64,000 nt of DNA from Octopus bimaculoides (GCF_001194135.2 NC_068987.1:17567797-17631796), one strand, 5' to 3'. Numbered from the stretch's first letter, positions 40,660 to 54,026 are shown. The notes: generated by a model from the sequence alone, not told the origin. Numbers and translations: made by a program.

Positions 40660-41689
40660 AATATTGGGTTCTGTAGCATAGTGTAAATACAGAAATAAAT
40701 TTCCATACATAGAAGATCACCCGATCTATTGTTTGCAAATGTGAATATGTTATTTAGACCGCTTGTACATGCTGAAGAAAGATGGCGTGCTAGTGTGCTG
40801 CTCGCAACGTTATCCTTACTGGAACCTCACCACATTAATTGACTGAAAGATTGCATCGAGTGAAAATCTCTAGCCTTTTCTGCAAGATGATGTACTCGAT
40901 AGCCGAAAGAGATGAGTTTGTGGAAGTGTATGTGAGAATGGATTCTGTTAAGCAAAACGCGTGAAATTTTTGAAGCCAAGTTTCCAGTTAATGGATTACC
41001 CCATCCTTCTCCCTGCTCTGCCTCTCGTATCTCTTCTTGGTCTTCCTGTGGTTCAACACTCTATTCGACCATCACCCCTGAACCGCATACATCCTCCTTC
41101 CACGTACTTTTTATTCGCCTTCTTCTTCACCCATGCTACCCTTAAACTCTCTCAAATTATGATCTAAACGGTTAGTTACAAATCGTACGTCCCCGAAGAC
41201 GTAGGCCGGCTTAAAGTCATAGCCTTCGCATTTTTGCACGCTTGATAAGGCAACTTTATAATTAGTACGTAACAAGTATACCCGTGCCGTCAGAAATGGC
41301 AGTATGAAAACGATACGAAAATAAAATTAAAATTAAGAGCGTACCTTTATCTTAGTAACTGCTTCAACACCAAGTTTCTAAAGAAAACCCTACTTCCAAT
41401 GAGTTCGCTTTGTTTTGGATGGTCCTTTACCGACGTTTTAATATTATTTCTGCTTCTAGTTCTAATCAATGCAACATAAAATTTTAGAATACTGGTGATG
41501 GTAGGATGATGCCAACATTATTGAAGCTCTGCCCTTGTGAGTTGTTTATAGTTATTGCAAATGCTGGGATAACAGGAAACTGTCATCTACTTACACTAAA
41601 GAGAAGGGTAATCTCACTGGGACGGAGGTTTATTCCGCGAATCAACCTCCCCTTTCTAACTTCCATTAAGTATTTTACCATGAATGAAG

Positions 41690-41843
41690 AAATGCTTGAT
41701 GCACAGCACTAAGATCCAGGTTTCATTGAGTAAACCTCTCACAGGATTCAACTAAAATTATCAGTGAACTGATAATTTTAGTTGAATCCTGTGAGAGGTT
41801 TACTCAATGAAACCCGGATCTTAGTGCTGTGCATCAAGCATTT
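41690..41843. repeat. Near-perfect palindrome, 76-bp arms with 2-nt spacer
   Basis: 41690-41765 and 41768-41843 are reverse complements at 75 of 76 positions. Confidence 0.97.
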
Positions 41844-42175
41844 GGATAAACAACACTGTATACCATAAATATACATACACACATTGGAGTCGAAATATTA
41901 GAGCAACTTATCTTCGGAAAATGTAAACAAAATATTTCACCTGTGAAATGATTCTTCTGAGTGTCCTGTAACCCTGTTTTATAGGGAAGTCTCTGCAGGC
42001 ATATATAATGTAGTAGTATGTTCCGGATATGGTACTGTCAACAGTTTCTAACTAACTTTTCTTCACAATTATAATCCTGTTGATATGTATTTCAAGAAGA
42101 ACCTTTCCCAAGGTTTTATCTTGGAATAAACAATACATATTTGATTGTTAAATTTATTATATCTTCTTCATTAGA

Positions 42176-42208
<33 letters not shown>

Positions 42209-42403
42209 CGTGTATGTACGTATCTCTCTCTCTCTATATATATATGCATATATGTATGTATGTATGTATATATGTATATATATGTGTGTGTGTCCTTATA
42301 TATAATTACATGTGTATATGCTCAATCGCAATCCTGTTTATTTGCATCATTATGTCACATTTCTCTCTCTCTCTCTCTTTCTTTCTCTCTTTCTCTCTCT
42401 CTA

Positions 42404-42435
<32 letters not shown>

Positions 42436-43058
42436 CCTGTTACGATCGCGCGCACTATGTGGTAGGCAAGTCGGATAAGAGATGTACTAGCATTACTTTT
42501 ACTTGTATGTTAGAACCATTTCGACAATAGATGAATCAGAAATCATATAACATGGTAGAAAAATAACATGGTAGAAAAAATAAAGATGAATATAAACAAT
42601 GATTATCTAATTTACGCTATATTACATGCTATCTCCTATCATCTCATCAATACCAAATGACAAATCAATAAACTCGCCCTTGGATCAATACACCTACACA
42701 CACCCACACATACATATATATGTATATATGCATATATATCCAAAAGGGAGACGAACAGCATTCCTCCATTTGATCGGGTTGAAAACTTATTAAGATACTA
42801 AGATATTTTTCTTAACATGAAGCCAGTGGTCACAACAATACACAAATTAATAAACTTAATCCACCTATACGGTGTTGAGCACTCATTTTCATCGTTCGGC
42901 ACTTACGTATACACACACACTAACATATATACATAGATATATATATACACATGTGTATGTATATATATATGGATATATATATACGTATACATATATATAT
43001 ATATATATATATATATGGATACACATATATATACACACTCACATATACATATATACGT

Positions 43059-43103
<45 letters not shown>

Positions 43104-43599
43104 CATATGAATATAAACATATACATACATACGTATATATACACACACACAAACAACGAGAGGATCATAGTGTGTAACGTGGAAGTGATCACTTACGGAT
43201 AGGGTTAAACAGACACTAAGGAAAAACTGTTACTGTCCTGATTGATAAAATCGGTTAAAGACACTGTAGTTATCAACTAGACCAAACAATCAAACATTTT
43301 GCTGCTGAAGTAAGCAAAATAGTATTTAAATTTGGGAATCGGTTAAACAGAGAATCTTCAATTAACTGGGATGGGTATGTCTAGAGTAACTTCAAAGAAA
43401 CAGAAATAATTACAGACAAAAAGAAAAGATGGAAAGAAATGAAATGAGAAGAGAGGTAGAGAAAGAGTGTGAGATACAAAGAAACAAACCAAAAATAGAC
43501 ATAGTGGATACAGATAAAATCAAAGAATCTTGGCAATATTATATAAAATTCAGTCTAAAATTTAGTAGAGCATCGAGTCAATATATAATCAAATCATAA

Positions 43600-43757
43600 G
43601 GCGTGGCTGTGTGGTAAGAAGCTCACTTTTCACCCACCTGGTTTAGGGTCCCCCCCCCATTGCGTGGCACCTTGAGCAAGTCTTCTGCTATAGTCTCGGG
43701 CCAACGAAAGCCTTGTGAATGGATTTGGTAGACGGAAACTGAAAGAAGCCGGCCGTA
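43600..43757 (+). mobile_element. SINE family B, 5' half
   Basis: ggcgtggctgtgtggtaagaag...gcgtggcaccttgagcaag...ggatttggtagacggaaactgaaagaagcc, ending in a (TACA)n tract. Confidence 0.9.
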
Positions 43758-44805
43758 TACATACATACATACATACATATATACATACTTACATACACAT
43801 ACACACATAATAAACATTATTTGGTCACATTCCATGATTATTTCACTAATAAATTACTTACATTATATTTTAATGTTGCTAAATGGTATTCAATTTCAGA
43901 AACAGAAAAATATGTCTCAGGCCGTTTTGTCCAAACGGGTTTTGTCGCAGGGGTTTTGTCCTAGGGAGTTAAGTCCAACACTCTCTTATACTAGTATAGA
44001 ATAACTTCAAAGATAAAGAGAAAGCATTGCATTTATAAAACAGTAGATTTATCCACTTATAGCTGGATAAAGGCCATCAACGTATTATCACTTCAAATTG
44101 GTATTTTTTTCTTGCACTGTTTCTAAGCATCCAATGAATGAAAAGTGCCTCTACAGTCGATATATATGTCTGCATTTAATTTGGAGACGGATACTTATTA
44201 ATGATTCTCTTACTAATTTAGTTTAGTTTTCAATAATAAGAATATAAAAAAATAAATATATATGAGTAAAATAAAAGAGAAAAAGCTCAATGTGCACATA
44301 TATTCATGTGTGGGTATGCAGGAGTATTTAACTGAGAGATACATGGAGTGAGTGCGAGAGTAAGAGTTGATTGTACATATGTGTATACACATACACACAC
44401 ACACACATACATGTATGTATATTTCTATGTATATCGATATTTATACCTATATGTATAGGCCTATATATATANNNNNNNNNNNNNNNNNNNNNNNNNNNNN
44501 NNNNNNNNNNNNNNNNNNNNNNNNNNNNNNNNNNNNNNNNNNNNNNNNNNNNNNNNNNNNNNNNNNNNNNNNNNNNNNNNNNNNNNNNNNNNNNNNNNNN
44601 NNNNNNNNNNNNNNNNNNNNNNNNNNNNNNNNNNNNNNNNNNNNNNNNNNNNNNNNNNNNNNNNNNNNNNNNNNNNNNNNNNNNNNNNNNNNNNNNNNNN
44701 NNNNNNNNNNNNNNNNNNNNNNNNNNNNNNNNNNNNNNNNNNNNNNNNNNNNNNNNNNNNNNNNNNNNNNNNNNNNNNNNNNNNNNNNNNNNNNNNNNNN
44801 NNNNN

Positions 44806-44841
<36 letters not shown>

Positions 44842-46830
44842 TGAGAGAGAGAGGGAGGAGAGGAAGAGAAAGAAAAAGACAGGAATAAAGAGACCTGGAT
44901 GAGAAATTAAGAAAACCAATGTCATAGAGTTAGATACAGGTGTACATACACATAGAGTGGGTGAGGCGGAATGGAAAATATAAAGAGGGAAACATTTTGC
45001 GAATGAGAGTGAAAGAACAACAAAAATAAAGATTAGCACAATGTTTTAAAATGAAACTTGAGTTTTAGGATTTATTTTGCTTATTATTTTTTTCTTTTTC
45101 TCCTCAGTGTTTTATTTATACGCTTTTCTAATTAGATTTTGTTTTGAAAACAATGGATAATTTTCGCTTTAATTATGTTATACTAAGAAGTATATATATA
45201 TTATTTCAGTTGAGTTTTTCTCTTTCAGCTGTATTATATTTCTTTTGTTTATTAGTATTATTTTTATTATATTTATTATTTTCTACAGTTTCAGGCGAGA
45301 TTCTACTGCGCCACCAGGTGCACTTTCGTGTTCCTCAGGTGCGTGCAGTATTGTGTTCTGGGAATGTAGAATTTTGTTTTGTATGTATATGTTATTAGTT
45401 TTACATCATTGTGAGATTTGGCTTATTATTTCGATCTTTATTTCTGTGTTTCGTCTCCAAGTTGCGTTATGTTCTTGCTTGGATGTTTATATTTCGTGTA
45501 TGTTATGTGATGCTGTTACGTGGTCTGGTGACGGGCGGTGAATAACAAAAGCAATGCTCAACAAACAACGGCCCAAGACCATATTTTATACCACCCACCA
45601 TTTTCACTGAATATATGATTTTTGTTTGCCTTCTCTATTTTTCGGTTATCGAATTATAAAATTCAATAGCGAGAAATGAAGAAAAAAAAATTTATTTCAT
45701 AGCCCCATATGAATCCATATCATAAATCAATGTGTAAAAATTGAAAACATCTCACTTGGTAAAAATAAATGCACGTTTCTCTTGGGGTAAGATTTTAAAT
45801 AATAAATGTTTTCACCTCAAAAATTCATTAACAGAGGCGGAAAGCGTGTAATTATAGCAGTATAGTTGACATGAACCATCGCTGCTAAGACAAGAAGGAA
45901 TCACAAAAAAATGAATTGCTTCTTTGACTGTTGAGGAGAGCAGTTAAACTCTTTGGTGCCACAATTATCACGAAACCTGCAAGTATATCGTTTGAATTGT
46001 TTTATCTTTCAACTGTTTGCCATGTCATAACTGGCATATATCTTCTTGTCTGCTGAGGAAAGCATGTAAGCAGGATAATGCTACGTTTATCTCGAAGAAG
46101 CCAGCAAGGGTTCTTGCTAAAAGTATTTTAAAATATCCGTGTATGCCCTGTCATAATTGGCATATGGAGATTGTTTAAGTCTTTAAAAATGTAGCAATTG
46201 TCATACTGGCAAATGTGAAGGATTCATGTACTTAATTATTTTCAAAAGCTTCATGAGGACCAGTCAGAAACTTGTAGCCACATTGGCTTATTTTCTGTAC
46301 AACTCGCTAATGGAAAGTATAATTTTATAATGCGTTTTCAGTCCACTCTAACGTGAAATTCTCAAAAATCTACAGATAATTATATTGGTCGTTCGTGTAT
46401 TTGCATATTGAGCTTTATTAACCTAAACCTTTCAGCTTCATGAGAAGAAAAATTGTTGAATATCCATCCCTCAGGTGACGTATGTAAATAACATTATTTT
46501 CTATAGCACACAACACGCAATCGCAACATTCAACTTTATCAACACGAAAATATGTATAATAGAATGTGTTTCATATAGACCTTAATTTACTTACTAATGG
46601 AGACATGAAACATATTTCTCTATAAGCATATCTGTTCATTTTGAATGTATATTACGCTACGTTTGCAAGCACATGGGTTGTTTAATTACACATACATACA
46701 TACATACATACATACATACATACATACATACATACAAACATATATACATACATACATATATACATACAACATAAGTACACACACACATGTATATATGTAT
46801 ATATACATATATATACACACATATACATAA

Positions 46831-46916
<86 letters not shown>

Positions 46917-47656
46917 ATATATGTATACGTGCATAAATATGTGTGTGGGTAAAATGACACAAGAGAAAGAGCAACTATACTCGTCTTTATCAACATAGCA
47001 TGAGGAAATGTTTTGTGACTATACCATTGTATATTGAGTGTAATAAGCAGTTTGACTTTGTCGCAGTTTTAGATAAATATAATGTACTGAATCATTACCA
47101 TCTCATTATTTTCACATAACAGAACAGCAAGTCTGCTTGAGACTATTTTAACCCATTAGTCGTTTCTCAGTAGGATATATATCAATATTTTAACTGTTAA
47201 TGCTAAATTGAAAATAGCGTATTGGTAAGCTAAGGAGAAGTATTGTTGACGGTGAATAAAATTTAAACAAGATACAAGTATTTGAAAATGTATGTCCAGA
47301 AAAAGTAATATATTCCAGAATATTTGTCTGTCTCAAAACAGAGTAACACGACGTATTGAAGACAATGGAGATAATCTCTTGAGCTGATTAAACAATAAAC
47401 AACAACTTTTCCACCGTTTTTTTTAATGCAGCTTTTGATGAATTATAGGCAGGTTTTCATTAACTTCGAATTCATAAAAGAACTAGACTTAAGGAGCTGC
47501 GCGTATGAAATAAACTACTGCTGACGAGAAATATCTAAAGAGCATTTACACTGATTGTGGAAACAGGTATGGCGTACAAAAATGGTTTTTACCTGGGAAA
47601 GGAAAGTCTTCAAACCATATAGTGGTATGGAATGTATAAATCTTATAGTGTTTCAG

Positions 47657-47749
47657 TACACTTTAGCAGGCCTCTTTGTGCGAAACATTCAGAGTGCATT
47701 ATACTTCTATGACCTAATTACTGAACAGTGGAAGAAACTATCCAACACT
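47657..47749 (+). CDS. Candidate exon with kelch-repeat-like sequence
   Basis: Acceptor cttatagtgtttcag. Reads YTLAGLFVRNIQSALYFYDLITEQWKKLSNT, resembling kelch Y..GG.....L..YD..T..W. The donor ACT|GTATAA is weak and no partner exons were established. Confidence 0.25.
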
Positions 47750-48234
47750 GTATAACTGAAAACAAACCACATTACACCAAAGCTGTTGATAAAAAATGCT
47801 AAAATTCAAAACATTGTTTTTGAAACACAGACCAGAAACCTGTAAACATACAGCTAATATACTAATAGTCAATATCAGTTAAACATGTGTTTATTGTTGT
47901 CAATTTCATTACATCAGCTCTTGTATTGATCATTTAACAAATACATTCTTCGGTCGGCTTACCATGCAGCCACCATGAGTATCTCGTACGATACAGAGAA
48001 ATATATTTAAGTAAGGATGCAAAACTAGAAACATTTTGATGGAAGCAATTGTCCAAGAATTGTTCAAAGAATAAAATACATAACAAACGTTAAAATATTG
48101 AATTATCAATCGTACATTCAACATATATTAGTTTCAACTAAATGTAAATAAACATGGTCAAAATTTAAATTCTGGTGGTCATCAAACACACATAGATACT
48201 CAGATATACATATATACACTTACACCTATGATCA

Positions 48235-48530
48235 ATGTGATTGTTTATATGAAACCTTCAGTGTTTGCTTTCAATCCTGAGCTTCTCAGCCACTGATGGG
48301 GTGTTGCTTGATCTACATCAGTATTTCGGCTTCGAAGTATATACTGTCCATATAGAGGCTTCTGTCTCCACTACTCTTCGGTTTGTTTTGCCCGTTCTTT
48401 TTTGAAGTCTGTTTGATCCATTTTGCTCGTTTCGTGGCACTGCTTACCGGTTCTTCATCTTATTCAGGGTTAATGCGTAGTTCTCTTGTGAATTTGCAAG
48501 CTTCCTTGACAAGCTTCCTTGCACCCTCAC
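48235..48530 (-). mobile_element. R4/Dong-like LINE fragment
   Basis: KERAKQTEE*WRQKPLYGQYILRSRNTDVDQAT.HQWLRSSGLKANTEGFI matches W..KPLHGQY....VD....H.WL...GLK.ETEGFI, upstream of the CCHC knuckle. Confidence 0.8.
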
Positions 48531-48539
48531 ATAATATTA

Positions 48540-48601
<62 letters not shown>

Positions 48602-48661
48602 CATAATAATAATAATAATAATAATAGTAACAACAACGACAACAACAGCAACAACAACAAC

Positions 48662-48748
<87 letters not shown>

Positions 48749-50003
48749 TGATGCAAATTTTATTTCGCTCCTCCATCGTAATAGTAACGATCGTAAAAGC
48801 AATTTCCCTGTAACAAATAATTTATTCTTATATTTCAGTTTCGGAATTCATGATTAATTACAAATAAACAATGACATATAATGAAAGAAAAATATAATAC
48901 TCACCGTTCTGTTTATTAATAATGGCAAATCTTGTTTTCTTTGGGAAATATCATTGTGTCAATTGTGTGACCAGCAACTGATAAGCTACCTGCCTTTTCC
49001 CTCTTTTTGTCTCTAGCTTCCTTTCACTCTGTCGTTCTATATCTCTTTATCACTCTGTTTCTCTCTCTATGTATATATAATGTATGTAAATATATATGTA
49101 TATAAATGTGAGAGAGAAGATGTGTGTGTGTTTGTGTATGTTTCTATTTNNNNNNNNNNNNNNNNNNNNNNNNNNNNNNNNNNNNNNNNNNNNNNNNNNN
49201 NNNNNNNNNNNNNNNNNNNNNNNNNNNNNNNNNNNNNNNNNNNNNNNNNNNNNNNNNNNNNNNNNNNNNNNNNNNNNNNNNNNNNNNNNNNNNNNNNNNN
49301 NNNNNNNNNNNNNNNNNNNNNNNNNNNNNNNNNNNNNNNNNNNNNNNNNNNNNNNNNNNNNNNNNNNNNNNNNNNNNNNNNNNNNNNNNNNNNNNNNNNN
49401 NNNNNNNNNNNNNNNNNNNNNNNNNNNNNNNNNNNNNNNNNNNNNNNNNNNNNNNNNNNNNNNNNNNNNNNNNNNNNNNNNNNCAACATACATAATATAT
49501 ATATATGTATATATTCATATATATAAGTATATGCATATATATACGTAGACATAATCTCATGTGTATATATGTGTTTATGCATATATATTTGGATGTATGT
49601 GTATATATGTATAAACACGAAATATAGTAATTTTGTGTGCATCATGTATTTTGGTGAAAAGCCACCAATCTCGCGCATAAATAATAAACGCCATTGTAAA
49701 TTATTCCCAAAGGCTATAAATCTTACCAAATTAAAATCTTTCAGCTTCTTTTACTGTGTTCTATAACGTCACCAGAGAGGAAAGAGAAGCAACAATTACA
49801 TGAGATGACGCTTTCAGATATTGCTTTTCATGCTAAACCTAACTTGTAAATGTGGTACGCATTCTGAAATGGAGGGAAATGAGTTCGATTCAACATCTTG
49901 ACAATAGAAAGGGAAAAAAGAACAAGTTCGGGAATACATTTATGAGAGTGAGTTTAAGGAGTTTCATGTAGATACAAATGATCTCTGTGTTGGTTCTACT
50001 GTA

Positions 50004-50357
50004 CGAGGTCTGATCAATACGTATCCGGACTGTTACCATAGTAATGAAGCTAAAAGATGCAGAGTGAAGCTGCTCGCTACAGATTGACCTTGAACGCTGC
50101 TATGAATGCACACAAGGTTTTAACGTTCTAGCTCACTTCCGCTGTTTGCAGCAGTGCTTGGAAGGAACGTGTGTAGCGTGTGATCGTTGCATTGACTATC
50201 AAAGAGAAAGTTTGTTATTGCAATACCTGCTCAGAAGTCAAAACTTAGTGCGCATGCACTGCAGTTTTCAGGGTCAATCTGTACCAAGCGGCTTTACTCT
50301 GTGTGCTTTCGCTTTGTTACTATAGCAGCAGTCCAGATTCTTATTGATCAGACCAGG
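50004..50357. mobile_element. Tc1/mariner-type MITE with TA target-site duplication
   Basis: TA|CGAGGTCTGATCAATACGTATCCGGACTG ... CAGTCCAGATTCTTATTGATCAGACCAGG|TA. Imperfect inverted arms extend further inward. Confidence 0.85.
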
Positions 50358-50439
50358 TATGGTTGTTTGGTTGCTTTTTATAGACACAAAGGCTTATGCT
50401 GTGGGAGAAGGCCTAGTCAAATGTTCGAACCAAGTGTGC

Positions 50440-51010
50440 AAGAGGTTTTTGTCTTATTGACCCCGGAAGAATGGAATGCATAGTGAACATCGGTGGAATT
50501 TCCACTCAGAAAGTAAGGAAGGGCGAAATACCACTAAGAATTTTATCCGGCCTGCTAACGGTTCTTCCAGGTCACAGCCTTCTAACCCGTGACAATGCTT
50601 TCTACTATAGACAAACGTTCTAAAATTTGGGGTAAGTGCTCAACTGGTATTTCATCGATCCTGAATGGATGGAGGTTAAAGTCGACCTCAGCAGAATTTA
50701 AACTAAGAACTTAAAGGCAGGCAGTATGCCTCAGAAGTTCTTTTTCCGACGTGCTAACACTTCTGTTAGATCGCTTCCTTAACCTGTCGTAATAATCACG
50801 TGATGATGGTTTGAAATGCTGATACAAGGCCATCAATTCTGAGAGCGGGACTAAGTCGATTACATCGACCCCAGTGCACAAGTATTACTTACTTCATCGA
50901 CGCCGAAATGATGAAAGGTAAATTCGACTTCGGCAGAATTTGAACTCAGAAACTGAAGACCGACAAACTGTTACCAATCATTTTGTCAGTATGCTAACGA
51001 TTCTGCCTAG
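50440..51010 (-). mobile_element. Cluster of about three decayed SINE family A copies
   Basis: Reverse-complement core (..tcgacccc.gaa.gatgaaagg.aaagtcgac.tcggc.gaatttgaactcagaa) recurs at ~50455, ~50650 and ~50895. Confidence 0.7.
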
Positions 51011-51771
51011 CTTAACCTCTAAGAATAAACATACAATAATCAACGCCAGTCTACAGAGTTAAAAATATTGATACAATCTGCATTATATATACAACACCAA
51101 CTTAACTTCCAGGAAAACATTACAGTACAAAGCACCCATACACTTAATCCATTTTGGCCATTTTATCCAGCATTTCTTACCCAGTAAACGTTTTGTGTTG
51201 CACTTATCGTATGTAGCTTTACTAATTTACATTACCACAGTATAGTATTCATCGTCTGGAAAACAGTTTGATTGAATATATCTGTCTGTCATGAAACTAC
51301 CTCTTACCAATATTCTGTGGCATTAACTATTGTTTACGTAGTTATAATTCAATAGTTATCCGAGACATTGTGGCTTTCTCTGTTTCGTTGTTTTATATCT
51401 TATTAATAAATGCCTAAGCAACGTATATCAGTGAACGTTTATCATGTCTATGAGAGAAAACTTACGTGGTTAACTACATTATTAGTATATTCAGACGTAC
51501 GGAAAATTGTCATGTAACAACCTATTACAGACCATAAACCTACGCGCGTATTAACCCACGTATGCACGCATTCACACACACGCATACAGAAATACACATA
51601 AAAGTCATGCATCCACTCACCTTACGAACATAAACCGTCACTCAAGGACATATACACATTTTATATATAAATATATATATATACATGTATGTGTGTATGT
51701 ATATATGTGTGTGTATGTGTGTATGTGTGTATATGGAAATATATATATATAATGAGTATATATATATATAT

Positions 51772-51811
<40 letters not shown>

Positions 51812-51907
51812 GGAAGATTGATAGACAGAATAGAATAGGATAGATAGATAGATAGATAGATACATAGATTGATAGATAGATAGATAAATAGGTTTGTAGA
51901 TAGATGC

Positions 51908-51983
<76 letters not shown>

Positions 51984-52016
51984 ATAGGTTTGTAGATAGA
52001 TACATAGATAGTTCGG

Positions 52017-52069
<53 letters not shown>

Positions 52070-52163
52070 TGAATATATATTATATATGTATGCATCAATA
52101 TATGTCAATTGTTCATATACGTCTGTATACTCATATTTGTAGGTACGCGTGTATACAAATATA

Positions 52164-52536
52164 GGCGCAGGGGTAGCTTGCTAACCAACCACTTGGTTCC
52201 GAGTTCAGTTCCACTGCGTAGCACCTTGGGAGAGTGTCTTCTGCTATAGCCTCGGGCCGACCAAAGCCTTGTGAGTGGATTTGCTAAACGGAAACTCAAG
52301 GAAGCCCGTCGTATATGCGTGTGTATTTGTGTGTCTGTCTTTGTCCCCCAACCAGCGCTTGACAATTGATGTTGGTGTGTTTACGTCCCCGTAAGGTACC
52401 GGTTCGGCAAAAGAATCCGATAGAATAAGTACTAGGCTTAGAAAAAATAATTCCTGGGGTCCATTTGTTCGACTACAGGCGGTGCTGCAGCGTAGCCGCA
52501 GTCAACTGGCTGAAACAGATAAAAGAATAAAAGAAT
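52164..52536 (+). mobile_element. SINE family B, full-length copy
   Basis: ggcgcagggg tagcttgctaaccaaccacttggttccgagttcagttccactgcg... to ...gcagtcaactggctgaaacagataaaagaataaaagaat. Confidence 0.9.
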
Positions 52537-52658
52537 ATATATATATTTGTNNNNNNNNNNNNNNNNNNNNNNNNNNNNNNNNNNNNNNNNNNNNNNNNNN
52601 NNNNNNNNNNNNNNNNNNNNNNNNNNNNNNNNNNNNNNNNNNNNATATATATATATAT

Positions 52659-52972
52659 ACTAGCTGCTATTCCCGGTAATTCCCAGGGGTAAAAACGCCT
52701 TATTACTCAGATATAAGAAAGCAATATTGTGCAGTTGCTATGGGTTATTTCCCTTGGTGTTTAAAAAAGATAGTTATATGAGGTAGATATAAAGATCCTT
52801 TCCATGGGCCGTATTATCGATTTTTTTCCCCAATCTAAGTATGTCATGAGGTTTCCAGACATGAGTTCTACTCACGGGTCAAGTTTCATCTAAATCAATA
52901 AATCGATGTAGGAGGAGTTTGCTAATAACGCCACAAACAAACACACACCGATTTTCCACATATGTAGTAGAT
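52659..52972 (+). mobile_element. Short non-autonomous Helitron-like remnant (Lep1-type architecture)
   Basis: Starts ACTAGCTGCTATTCCCGG, contains caagtttcatctaaatc...ggaggagtt...(ACAA)n and ends TAGTAGAT. This mirrors the ACTAGC...aaatttcat..aatc...microsatellite...TAGAT layout of Lep1-like elements. A possible second fragment lies at ~25533-25660. Confidence 0.5.
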
Positions 52973-53578
52973 ATATATTTATGGATACATACATACATAC
53001 GTACATACTACATACTTACATATATACGTACATGTATTATGTTATATTTATGCAGTTCACACACGCGCACACACACACACACACACACGCATGCACACAC
53101 CTTTTTTGCAAATAACTTACATTAAGACCATTTGTTGGGACTAAAATATGCGAAGACTAATTTGACACGATCTATGTCGGACAAAGAGTTATGTCCACGT
53201 TGTATTTAGGTCTTAATAATACATTTTCCATGCAATTTCAAGATGCCTTGTATTCAAGTAGATGCAAATGAAAGAATGATGTTGGTATCGAAATATATTC
53301 ATAAATCATAACTTGATGTTTCCATTACCACGGAAAGCAAATGGGATGTTAGACTTTGTTTTCTGAAATATCTAAAATGACGTCTTAACAAAGTGACTTT
53401 GTATTTAATTTTTGCACGTTACTCGAGGTCGAAAGAGTTTTGCGTAGCCGTTGGTCAAGAGAACCACCGAACGATACATCGAAATATTTATAAATTGCCA
53501 TCAATTGATTATCAGCATTAAAATTAGTATATGTATATAAATGTATATCTTTGTGCGTGTGTTTGTGTGTACGCATGT

Positions 53579-53610
<32 letters not shown>

Positions 53611-54026
53611 NNNNNNNNNNNNNNNNNNNNNNNNNNNNNNNNNNNNNNNNNNNNNNNNNNNNNNNNNNNNNNNNNNNNNNNNNNNNNNNNNNNNNNNNNN
53701 NNNNNNNNNNNNNNNNNNNNNNNNNNNNNNNNNNNNNNNNNNNNNNNNNNNNNNNNNNNNNNNNNNNNNNNNNNNNNNNNNNNNNNNNNNNNNNNNNNNN
53801 NNNNNNNNNNNNNNNNNNNNNNNNNNNNNNNNNNNNNNNNNNNNNNNNNNNNNNNNNNNNNNNNNNNNNNNNNNNNNNNNNNNNNNNNNNNNNNNNNNNN
53901 NNNNNNNNNNNNNNNNNNNNNNNNNNNNNNNNNNNNNNNNNNNNNNNNNNNNNNNNNNNNNNNNNNNNNNNNNNNNNNNNNNNNNNNNNNNNNNNNNNNN
54001 NNNNNNNNNNNNNNNNNNNNNNNNNN

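Noticed and set aside
47520-47575. CTGACGA...GAAACAGGTA as a hammerhead
   Set aside because: No stem II, stem I or palindrome pairing found.
48899-49010. Consensus minus-strand donor ACG|GTGAGTA
   Set aside because: All three upstream frames contain nearby stops and there is no good acceptor. Could only be a non-coding exon, which cannot be supported here.
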